Positions 1-6,903 of a DNA stretch of 34,674 nt are shown piece after piece. The notes beneath the pieces are model-generated. The model did not search any database. It was not told the origin of the DNA and was given only the letters and a program-made list of their open reading frames with translations. Source of the DNA: Patescibacteria group bacterium. Lineage in GTDB: Bacteria; Patescibacteriota; Microgenomatia; Daviesbacterales; UBA10151. Made by a program: the position numbers and the translations under genes. The stretch lies in the NCBI GenBank assembly GCA_018816815.1, contig JAHIVD010000050.1, positions 1-34,674 of the forward strand, given 5' to 3'. The stretch's first letter is position 1; each line of letters begins with the position of its first letter.

Positions 1-87
1 GACATAATTTTCAGATGGTATCATTTCCAATCCATACTTCTGCCGGTAAATTTCTTTAGCGATTAATTTAAATACCTTTGATGCCAT
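1..87 (-). CDS. glyA: serine hydroxymethyltransferase, first 29 codons only (gene continues past the left edge)
   Basis: Reverse complement of 1..87 starts with ATG (87..85) and reads MASKVFKLIAKEIYRQKYGLEMIPSENYV. The LE(L/M)I.SEN(Y/F) block is the conserved SHMT N-terminal motif. It is absent from the supplied track because no stop lies inside the window. Confidence 0.6.
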   Translation of the reverse strand, partial: MASKVFKLIAKEIYRQKYGLEMIPSENYV

Positions 88-130
88 AGAATTAGTAGAT
101 TGTTATCCATAAAGCACAAATTGTCAATAC

Positions 131-165
131 TTCAATTTTATTTTCAATTTTATTTCAATTTTATT
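131..165. repeat. tandem direct repeat, three copies of TTCAATTTTAT(T)
   Basis: Copies at 131-142, 143-153 and 154-165, read directly. They lie in the dnaX-glyA spacer, about 45-80 nt upstream of the glyA start on the minus strand. Confidence 0.85.
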
Positions 166-262
166 TAACATTAATCTCCTCAGTCTTAAAGACGATCCAA
201 CCAAACCCATTTAAAATCCTCAAAATCAAGGATCTGATGAAACAAAAATGTTGTAAGGAGAA

Positions 263-1963
263 TTAATTTACAATATCAGAATTAAAAATCTCGGCAGCAA
301 CTCTAATTATTTCATCATCTGCTGCCAACTCTACATTGGCAACATCTTCCCGTTTTTCCGGACGGTTACCCAATATTGTAGACATTCTAATACTCCTTCC
401 TAAAATATCAGAAAAGATTGATTCCAGTAAATCCCTATTTTTTTGAGCTTCCAAAATTCGCTGGTGGAAAGAATACGGAACCTCCATTACGATCGTAGTA
501 TCTGTACATTCTTTAATATTAATAGACCTAAGCAGTGCTTCAAGAGAAAAATTAAACGGCCGGATAGTCTCCAACACAAAAGTCCACTTTTCCTTAAGTT
601 TAAGAATATCGCTGTTGGGCGCTGGATGCTGAAGATTTGAAATTGGATCCTGAGATTGAATACTGGAAGTTTGATCTTTACCAGAATCTTCTGATCCCGA
701 ATTTTTCGCTTCTCCATCTAGTTTCTCACTTTCAACATCTAATTTTTCTTTCACAGACATTTCCTTTGTTAACGACTGACTATCCTCGATGAAAAATTCT
801 GCTTTCGCTAACAATTGCTCCCCGCAAATTTCTATCACAGCCAATTCCAATGGCAAAGACGGAATGGAAGCAAATTTTAATTTTTCTATAACCTTTTGAA
901 GAATATTCAAATTTGAAATTAATTCCTGATTGGTAAAATTTTCAGCAATTCCTAAAAGTTTCTGATACTTATCTTCTGTTAATTGATGTTTAACTAATTG
1001 TTCACCAACACCGTTTTTAATTAATACCAAATTCCTCAAAGCATCCATCAAAGATAAAGTGAATTCCTTAATATCAATTCCATTTTCCACTTGATTGCTG
1101 ATATCCAATAATCCAGCATCTGCATTTTTATTTTTAAGATTCTCAATAAAGTTTAAAACATTTTCAAACTGGGAAGATTTAAAATTCTCCTCAATTAGTT
1201 TTGCTGTAATTTTTCCTTCAACCGAGCTGATCTGATCCAACAATTTTACACCGTCTCTAAAAGAACCATCTGCTTTTTTAACTAAAATTTTTAACGCCTC
1301 TTCATCAATACTAATCTTCTCTTTTTTTGCAATTTTTGTCAGCACTTCTAACAATTCTCCCGGCGAAGCTAACTTAAAATCTAATCTTTGCACCCGGGAT
1401 AAAATTGTCTGTGGAATCTTTCCAAGTTGCGTTGTAGCTAGTACAAACAAGGCATGTTCAGGAGGTTCTTCCAAAGTTTTAAGCAATGCATTGAAAGCTT
1501 CAGTAGTCAACATATGAACTTCATCAATTATGTATACCTTTTTTTTTAAGCTGCTTGGAGCAAGTTTAATCTTCTCCCGCAGCGATCTAATATCCTCTAT
1601 GCCACGGTTGGAGGCAGCATCAATTTCAATTAGATCAAGATTAGATCCGTCAGTAATAGAAATACACACAGAACATTGATTGCACGGAATAGAACTTTTC
1701 GCTGTTTCCTTTTCGCTGCTTGCTTTTGAATTGCTAACGACCAAAGATGAACCGTCAACAGCTTTTTCACAATTTACCATCTTTGCCAGAATCCTGGCAG
1801 TTGATGTTTTACCTGTTCCTCGTGGACCGACAAGAAGATAAGCATGCGACAGTTTATTACTTTGAAAAGACAAAAGGAGATTTTGTTTAACAGTTTCCTG
1901 ACCTACAAGCTCTGAAAAAGCTTGTGGACGATACTTTAGATAATACGCAAAATTATTTGACAT
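263..1963 (-). CDS. dnaX: DNA polymerase III subunit gamma/tau
   Basis: N-terminus KYRPQAFSELVGQE, Walker A GPRGTGKTS, Walker B/SRC region VYIIDEVHMLT...FNALLKTLEEPP, and a Cys4 zinc module NC...PCNQCSVC. Confidence 0.9.
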   Translation of the reverse strand: MSNNFAYYLKYRPQAFSELVGQETVKQNLLLSFQSNKLSHAYLLVGPRGTGKTSTARILAKMVNCEKAVDGSSLVVSNSKASSEKETAKSSIPCNQCSVCISITDGSNLDLIEIDAASNRGIEDIRSLREKIKLAPSSLKKKVYIIDEVHMLTTEAFNALLKTLEEPPEHALFVLATTQLGKIPQTILSRVQRLDFKLASPGELLEVLTKIAKKEKISIDEEALKILVKKADGSFRDGVKLLDQISSVEGKITAKLIEENFKSSQFENVLNFIENLKNKNADAGLLDISNQVENGIDIKEFTLSLMDALRNLVLIKNGVGEQLVKHQLTEDKYQKLLGIAENFTNQELISNLNILQKVIEKLKFASIPSLPLELAVIEICGEQLLAKAEFFIEDSQSLTKEMSVKEKLDVESEKLDGEAKNSGSEDSGKDQTSSIQSQDPISNLQHPAPNSDILKLKEKWTFVLETIRPFNFSLEALLRSINIKECTDTTIVMEVPYSFHQRILEAQKNRDLLESIFSDILGRSIRMSTILGNRPEKREDVANVELAADDEIIRVAAEIFNSDIVN

Positions 1964-2376
1964 TAATGATGATGAATCCCTAAAAGATGGTTTAAACCAT
2001 GTTCTACTAACATTCTAACTTCCTCATCCACGGAAATTCCATCAAGAGATGCATCTTCGATTACTTGAGGATATGAGATAACTATATCTCCAAGCCGCAA
2101 CCATTTATCAGGCGCTGCTACAAAACCAACTCTTGGGATATGTTTCAAACTAGTCGGACTTGAATCCTCTAAAGCAAAAGATAGAATGTTCGTAGTTGCA
2201 TCCAACCCACGGTATTTCCGGTTCAACTCATGCATTTTTCTGTCACCTACAATATTTATCCCTAATTCAATCTTGCCGGAAATTTTAAGTTTTGTCAGCA
2301 TTTCAGAAATCGTAGTTTCGATATTTACTCTATTTATCTTATATCTGGGATCGGAATTAACAATAATGTTAACCAT
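1963..2376 (-). CDS. ybeY: rRNA maturation endoribonuclease YbeY
   Basis: C-terminal metal-binding motif HGLNHLLGIHH (H-x3-H-x5-H) and typical size (137 aa). There is a 1-nt overlap with the dnaX start. Confidence 0.85.
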   Translation of the reverse strand: MVNIIVNSDPRYKINRVNIETTISEMLTKLKISGKIELGINIVGDRKMHELNRKYRGLDATTNILSFALEDSSPTSLKHIPRVGFVAAPDKWLRLGDIVISYPQVIEDASLDGISVDEEVRMLVEHGLNHLLGIHHH

Positions 2377-2377
2377 A

Positions 2378-2863
2378 TTATTTTAAAAGTTGTTCCTTAA
2401 CTAAAGTACTTACTGTTTTACCATCAGCCCGACCTTTTACTTTTTCCATAACCAATCTTATTACCTTCCCCATATCTTGTAAAGATGGTTTTTCTAGTTC
2501 ACTTGCCAATGGGGGCTGACAAGCTTCTTTAATAATATCTGAAATTACTTTAGTCAATTCCTCCTCACTCATCTGTTCCGGAAGATAACATGCCAAAATC
2601 TTTGCTTCAAGTTCCTCTTTTGCAACCAAATCTTCTTTACCGCCAGATCTGAAACCAGTTGCTGCTTCTTTTCTCTTTTTTATTTCCTGCTGAATAATCT
2701 TGACCACATCAGTATCGGACAAATCAGCTTGTTTGGAGTTTTGTCGAAGATCAATTTTTCTATTTTGCAATTCGGACAGAAGGAGCCTCAGCGTCGAAAC
2801 CCTAACCTCATCGCGTTTTAATTGGGCTTCTTTTAGATCTGATTGCAGTTTATCAAATAACAT
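2378..2863 (-). CDS. GatB/YqeY domain protein
   Basis: N-terminus L..DLKEAQLKRDEVRVSTLRLLLSEL and the size are typical of the YqeY family. It is adjacent to rpsU, as in Bacillus subtilis. Confidence 0.75.
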   Translation of the reverse strand: MLFDKLQSDLKEAQLKRDEVRVSTLRLLLSELQNRKIDLRQNSKQADLSDTDVVKIIQQEIKKRKEAATGFRSGGKEDLVAKEELEAKILACYLPEQMSEEELTKVISDIIKEACQPPLASELEKPSLQDMGKVIRLVMEKVKGRADGKTVSTLVKEQLLK

Positions 2864-2976
2864 CTGTTTATTGTTTCCTAAACGTAAATAACTTTACAAA
2901 AAATTATCAAAACAAGTTATCAAAATAAGAACTTTTCCCTTTTGGACAAAAATTACGTCAACTTGCTTTACTCAAT

Positions 2977-3174
2977 TCATTTACTATATTTTTTTGCCCG
3001 CATAATTTTTCTGCGTTTTTCCGCCAAATATTCTTGACGAAGTTCAGAAGGTTTCCTATAAACAGACCTATCTCTGATTTCTTGAACGATTCCTTCCAAA
3101 ACAACTTTTTTCTGAAATTTTCTAATAACCGCATCCGTGCTGTCACCCGGACCTGCTTTTACTACAATTGACAT
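2977..3174 (-). CDS. rpsU: 30S ribosomal protein S21
   Basis: 65-aa basic protein: IRKFQKKV..EGI..E.R.R..Y.KPSE.R......A..R. Confidence 0.85.
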   Translation of the reverse strand: MSIVVKAGPGDSTDAVIRKFQKKVVLEGIVQEIRDRSVYRKPSELRQEYLAEKRRKIMRAKKYSK

Positions 3175-3201
3175 AAAAAATTAAAAACACCTCCTTTTTA
3201 A

Positions 3202-3534
3202 CTAAACTGCTCTTTTCCATTGTCCTCCCAAAAGATGAAAATGTAAATGAGGAATATGCTGTGCTTTCCCTCCATTTAGCATTATTCTATAAAGATCATT
3301 CCCCAAATTATTATCTACAACTAATTTGTTAACAACTCTATACACCTCAGTCAATAATGATCCATCTGAATCTGTCAAATCCTTAATTCCTCCAATGTGT
3401 TTTTTAGGAACAATTAAAAGATGAAAATCCGCGGAAGGGCTAATATCTTCAAAAACTACGACTTCTTCTGATTCGTAAATAAATTCCTTTGGGATTTCTT
3501 TTTTAATGATTTTGCAAAATATACAATCACTCAT
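3202..3534 (-). CDS. HIT (histidine triad) family nucleotide hydrolase
   Basis: CIFCKII N-terminus and the histidine triad HIPHLHFHLLGG. Confidence 0.85.
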   Translation of the reverse strand: MSDCIFCKIIKKEIPKEFIYESEEVVVFEDISPSADFHLLIVPKKHIGGIKDLTDSDGSLLTEVYRVVNKLVVDNNLGNDLYRIMLNGGKAQHIPHLHFHLLGGQWKRAV

Positions 3535-4652
3535 TATCCTCCCACCATCTTTTTAAGAAGATCCAGGGTTTTTGTTTGTCTTAATGCATGCCTTAAATGC
3601 AACCTTGGTTCTTGTGCTTTAAATTGAGCCTTAATTTTTTCATCCTTGATTTTATCTATTTCGGCCTGCATTTGTTCATCTGAGATTGTAATTCCTTCTT
3701 GTCTGGCAATTTCCGCAAGCCCCAGTTCCATCTTTACATTTTTCTCTGCTTTAACTTTCCATTCGCTTTTGATTTCTTCTAAACTCTTTCCTTGGCTTTT
3801 TAAATAATCAGGAAGCAGTAGACCCATATCTGCAACTCTCCGCTGCAGCGACACTAGCATTCTATTTAACTCATCCTGAATTAAAATATCCGGCAGCTCA
3901 ACTGTTGTCATTTTTTCTACTTCCTGCAGAATTGCTTCCTCATAATCCAGTTCATTATTATACGATACATTTGATTCCAGGTCTTTACGGATTTTATCTT
4001 TAAGATCTGCAAATGTAGTTGCTCCCATGGCTTTAGCAAAAACATCATCTGATGTATTTGCCTGTCCTTCAATTGTTTGTCCATTAGTTGAAACTTGAGC
4101 TTGAGTTTGTCCAGGTTGAAAACTAATCGATCCAGCTTGACTTTTATTATTTTGGGGTTCAGCTACTGCAGGCTGTGCATTAACAGGTGTTTGTTTTCCT
4201 TTCCATCTGTTGCGAAGACCGTCAACTGATTTATTGACATCTTCATCAGTAACTGGTTTCGGTATTGATCTTGTAACCTTTATTGTTTTGTAGTTTCCGA
4301 CAGTTATCGCAGGTCTATTTGTAATGGTCGCTTTAAATTGAAATTGAGTTCCTTTAACAAAGCTTTGAAGATCATATTTCGGATAATCAATCGGGATAAC
4401 ATCAGTCCCTTTAAGGGCTTGTATCAGAAAATTCGGCATTGCTTTTTTTAAAACTTCATCCTGCAGTTTAATACCTAAATTCTGCTCCACCATCGGTAGC
4501 GGTGCCGTGCCTTTTCGAAAACCCGGAAGCTCTATATCAACTGCCATTTCTTGTAAAGTTTGATCCCATGTGCTCTGTAAATCAGCCCAAGGAACTATAA
4601 TAGCTACCTCAACTATGCTTTTTTGATGCTTAGTAATATTTTTTGTTATCAT
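3534..4652 (-). CDS. tig: trigger factor lacking the FKBP/PPIase domain
   Basis: Ribosome-binding signature PGFRKGTAP in the N-domain and a TF-like C-terminal arm domain (LPDILIQDELNRML...). A Q/N/T/S-rich linker of about 50 aa (residues about 153-201) sits where the PPIase domain would be. Confidence 0.8.
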   Translation of the reverse strand: MITKNITKHQKSIVEVAIIVPWADLQSTWDQTLQEMAVDIELPGFRKGTAPLPMVEQNLGIKLQDEVLKKAMPNFLIQALKGTDVIPIDYPKYDLQSFVKGTQFQFKATITNRPAITVGNYKTIKVTRSIPKPVTDEDVNKSVDGLRNRWKGKQTPVNAQPAVAEPQNNKSQAGSISFQPGQTQAQVSTNGQTIEGQANTSDDVFAKAMGATTFADLKDKIRKDLESNVSYNNELDYEEAILQEVEKMTTVELPDILIQDELNRMLVSLQRRVADMGLLLPDYLKSQGKSLEEIKSEWKVKAEKNVKMELGLAEIARQEGITISDEQMQAEIDKIKDEKIKAQFKAQEPRLHLRHALRQTKTLDLLKKMVGG

Positions 4653-4688
4653 CCTAGCTAGGTAATGTAGCAGAAATCAGTTTGAAAA

Positions 4689-5948
4689 TCAACCAGAGTC
4701 CTTAACAATTTTCAAAACTTTCTCAAAAGAAAGAAATTTTGTCTCTTTTTCTGATCTTTTCTTTATCTCCAATTTATTACCAGAATTTCTTGAACTTGTT
4801 AAGCAAGTTTTCTTGGAAATCACTACCCGATACGGAATTCCTATTAAATCAGCATCTGCAAATTTAGCTCCTGCAGATACATTTACTCTGTCGTCAAATA
4901 AAACTTCAACATTCTCTACCAAAAATAGTTTATATAACTTCTCAGCTTCACTCTCTACATGAGGATCTCCCAGATCAAGTCCCACCAAATGGACTCTGTA
5001 TGGTGCTACAGCTTCCGACCAGATGATTCCTTTGTTGTCATGGGAAACTTCCACAATTGCACCCATTGCCCTGGAGATTCCTAATCCATAACAACCAGCT
5101 GATACTATTTCCTGTTGTCCGCTTTGATTTGTGAAATATAGCTTAAAAGTTTCAGCAAACGATCTTTTTAAGGGAAAAATATTCCCGACTTCTATAGCTT
5201 TTTCTTGCTTTAAACTGCCTCCGCAATCAGAACATTTTTTATCTGAGAGAATTTCTTTATTGAAAACACTACCGCATTTTAAACAAACAAAAATTGTGTC
5301 TTCACCTGAAGGAGTAATAACCTGAAATTCCTCTGAAAGATCAGAAAATGTCCCGCCGCTTGCTTTAGTTTCCAGGGCCTTAAGACCTATTCTTTTGAAA
5401 ATCCTCAAATAAGCCTCTCTGACTTTTTTGTAGTAAGAGTTTCTATCATCATCAGATGTATGAAAACTGTACAAATCTTTCATTAAAAATTCTCTACCAC
5501 GAAGCAAGCCTGCTTTTGCCCTAGGCTCATTTCTGAATTTAACCTGAATTTGATAAAGATACACAGGTAGGTCTCTATAAGAGCTAACATATTCTGCAAC
5601 CAATGGATAAATAATCTCCTCATGTGTTGGACCCAACACCAAATCAGCACCACCTGCTCCTTTTAATTTAAATAAAACATCAACTGAGGTGAATCTGCCG
5701 GTTTTCTTCCAGAGATCAGCAGGATGCAAAGCAGGCATGACTAATTCTTGTCCCTCGATTTTATCCATCTCTTCACGGACAATATCAGAAATTTTATCCA
5801 ATACTTTCCAGCCCATAGGCAAATAGGTATAAACCCCTGCCATTTCCTGATGAATAAACCCTGCACGGACTAAAAGCTGCTGGTTTATTGATTCAGCCCC
5901 GGACGGAGCTTGTTTTAAAGTTTTAGGGAAAAGTTTTGAATATTTCAT
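4689..5948 (-). CDS. proS: prolyl-tRNA synthetase, bacterial type without the INS editing domain
   Basis: Class II motifs: motif 2 FRNEPRAKAGLLRGREFLMKD and motif 3 region GCYGLGISR, plus an anticodon-binding C-terminus. It is 419 aa. CLKC-x13-CSDC replaces INS between motifs 2 and 3. Confidence 0.9.
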   Translation of the reverse strand: MKYSKLFPKTLKQAPSGAESINQQLLVRAGFIHQEMAGVYTYLPMGWKVLDKISDIVREEMDKIEGQELVMPALHPADLWKKTGRFTSVDVLFKLKGAGGADLVLGPTHEEIIYPLVAEYVSSYRDLPVYLYQIQVKFRNEPRAKAGLLRGREFLMKDLYSFHTSDDDRNSYYKKVREAYLRIFKRIGLKALETKASGGTFSDLSEEFQVITPSGEDTIFVCLKCGSVFNKEILSDKKCSDCGGSLKQEKAIEVGNIFPLKRSFAETFKLYFTNQSGQQEIVSAGCYGLGISRAMGAIVEVSHDNKGIIWSEAVAPYRVHLVGLDLGDPHVESEAEKLYKLFLVENVEVLFDDRVNVSAGAKFADADLIGIPYRVVISKKTCLTSSRNSGNKLEIKKRSEKETKFLSFEKVLKIVKDSG

Positions 5949-5953
5949 ATTTC

Positions 5954-6298
5954 TTAATATAGTTTAACACCAAGCGGAATCTTTTTGTCAGGTACAACTA
6001 AAACACACCTTCCTTCTCCATCTGATACGCCAAGTGTTAAAAATTCTGAGGTAAATGGACCAATCTGTTTAGGCGGCATATTAATAAGGCCTAAAACTAA
6101 TTTATCTTGCAAATCTTCTTTTTTATAGAAATGAGTCGCGCCAACTGCTGAGTGTTTTGTTCCAATCCCTTCTCCAAAATCAACTGTAATTTTATATAAG
6201 GGCTTGCGGGCTTCCGGAAAATCCTCTACCTTAACAACCAGTCCAACCCGGATATCGATCTTCTCAAATTCTCTATATGTAATTTGTGGTTTAATCAT
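5954..6298 (-). CDS. CsaA/Trbp111-like tRNA-binding (EMAP-fold) protein
   Basis: F.K.DIRVG.V..VE.FPEARKP.YK..VDFG ... K.LVLGLIN..P.QIGP..SE.L.LG is the OB-fold tRNA-binding domain pattern. I place the start at ATG 6298 (MIKPQITY) rather than the track's GTG 6331. Confidence 0.75.
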   Translation of the reverse strand: MIKPQITYREFEKIDIRVGLVVKVEDFPEARKPLYKITVDFGEGIGTKHSAVGATHFYKKEDLQDKLVLGLINMPPKQIGPFTSEFLTLGVSDGEGRCVLVVPDKKIPLGVKLY

Positions 6299-6673
6299 GA
6301 GCAAATCCCCAAAATCTATCAAGATCAGCACAAGTTGTAATAGTCAAATCCACACCTCTCCCCAGTTGCTGCTGACCAATCCCCTGTCTATTAATATTAA
6401 CTCGTCTGAGAAATCTATGACTGCTGTTGTCGCTTTGCAACACTTTTATTCCTCTACAGTTAAGAGCTACCACAGGGCTTTGATGTTTAATCTGATCTCC
6501 CCCTTGTAGTGCTATTTCAAAATCGAAGCTAATCCTACCAAATAGCGTGTCGTGATCTCCGGGTCCACTACAGCTGGAATTACTCTCAACAAATCTTCCT
6601 CAACGCCACTGACCCCTTTCCGTTGCAACCAAGGGCCTAATCTGCTCCCGCCCAATATAATTTCTGTAGTCAT
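6291..6673 (-). pseudogene. broken or frameshifted ORF between the T-box and csaA-like (two overlapping open frames)
   Basis: Frame A runs from ATG 6673 to TAG 6512-6514 (53 codons). Frame B is open from 6599 to TAA 6291-6293, with no ATG. The frames overlap by about 85 nt. The frame B stop overlaps the csaA-like start (ATGATTAA). Confidence 0.3.
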
Positions 6674-6684
6674 ATTTTTGTATT

Positions 6685-6726
6685 AAAAAAAGCACCTCCT
6701 TTAATTTTTAACTCAAGGACAGTGCT
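6685..6726 (-). terminator. intrinsic terminator of the T-box leader
   Basis: Minus strand AGCAC-UGU-CCUU (6726-6715), a 13-nt loop, then AAGG-AG-GUGCU (6701-6691). A run of seven U (6691-6685) starts with the last stem nucleotide. Confidence 0.7.
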
Positions 6727-6866
6727 AAACCGTAGTACCACCTCAATTACTTCTTAATTTTTAGTTTTTACGTTACAAACGACATTGCTCGTCACAAGCA
6801 GCTCTTCCCGCTCTGCCAAGGCTTCGTAGGATAAAAGAGGCGGGAAACCCCTTCATCACTATTCTA
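6685..6866 (-). promoter_or_regulatory. T-box leader (tRNA-sensing transcription attenuator) upstream of csaA-like/proS
   Basis: Minus strand 6748-6730, AAUUGAGGUGGUACUACGG, compares well with the consensus AAnnnGGGUGGUACCGCG. An antiterminator can be drawn with a 7-nt UGGUACU bulge, and it is mutually exclusive with the terminator. A Stem-I-like region lies upstream, with GUGAUGA (6860-6854) and an 8-bp helix (6847-6840 with 6811-6804). Confidence 0.75.
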
Positions 6867-6872
6867 TCTTGA

Positions 6873-6901
6873 ATAGTACCAAGAACATAGGCTCCAGTCA
6901 A
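6873..6901 (-). promoter_or_regulatory. sigma70-like promoter for the T-box leader
   Basis: Minus strand TTGACT (6901-6896), 17-nt spacer, TACTAT (6878-6873). The -35 overlaps the stop codon of the upstream gene. Confidence 0.45.
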
Positions 6902-6903
6902 AT

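Noticed and set aside
443-717. Track ORFs 443-640 (+) and 487-717 (-) inside or opposite dnaX. Similar short ORFs lie inside larger genes across the window, for example 2186-2386, 2700-2891, 5131-5325, 10518-10802, 11458-11751, 12123-12305, 14887-15078, 15614-15850, 17228-19249, 19520-19717, 23532-24169, 24676-25152, 26521-26815, 29997-30281, 31978-32166, 32411-33310 and 33777-34229.
   Set aside because: All lie within, and mostly antisense to or out of frame with, long ORFs that carry clear family motifs. Their translations are low-complexity or rich in rare residues. They are shadow ORFs of an AT-rich genome.
1549-1557. A9 run (KKK codons) in dnaX as a possible programmed frameshift site for a gamma subunit.
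   Set aside because: It lies at about residue 150, next to the Walker B motif, not at the domain III/IV boundary where tau/gamma frameshifting occurs. Shifting here would destroy the ATPase. Such runs are common in AT-rich genomes.
2958-3146. 62-aa ORF overlapping rpsU in another frame.
   Set aside because: The 65-aa frame (2977-3174) carries the S21 signature; the alternative frame has no motif.
6204-6509. 101-aa plus-strand ORF across the csaA-like start and the broken-ORF region.
   Set aside because: It is antisense to the csaA-like gene and to the minus-strand frames. It has Ser/Thr/Ile-rich composition with no motif, and no promoter or SD.
6512-6673. Reading the 53-aa ORF as a DUF59/SufT fragment, because of V.DPE followed by a hydrophobic stretch.
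   Set aside because: Only a 4-residue motif supports it, and the spacing to the expected LG(L/I) is off by one. It is no better than the equally weak YbaK-like reading, so it is left unresolved rather than called.
6691-6702. Plus-strand AGCACCTCCTTT resembles the 3' end of 16S rRNA (CACCUCCUU).
   Set aside because: There is no rRNA-like sequence upstream. It is simply the complement of the AAGGAGGUGCU arm of the T-box terminator on the minus strand.
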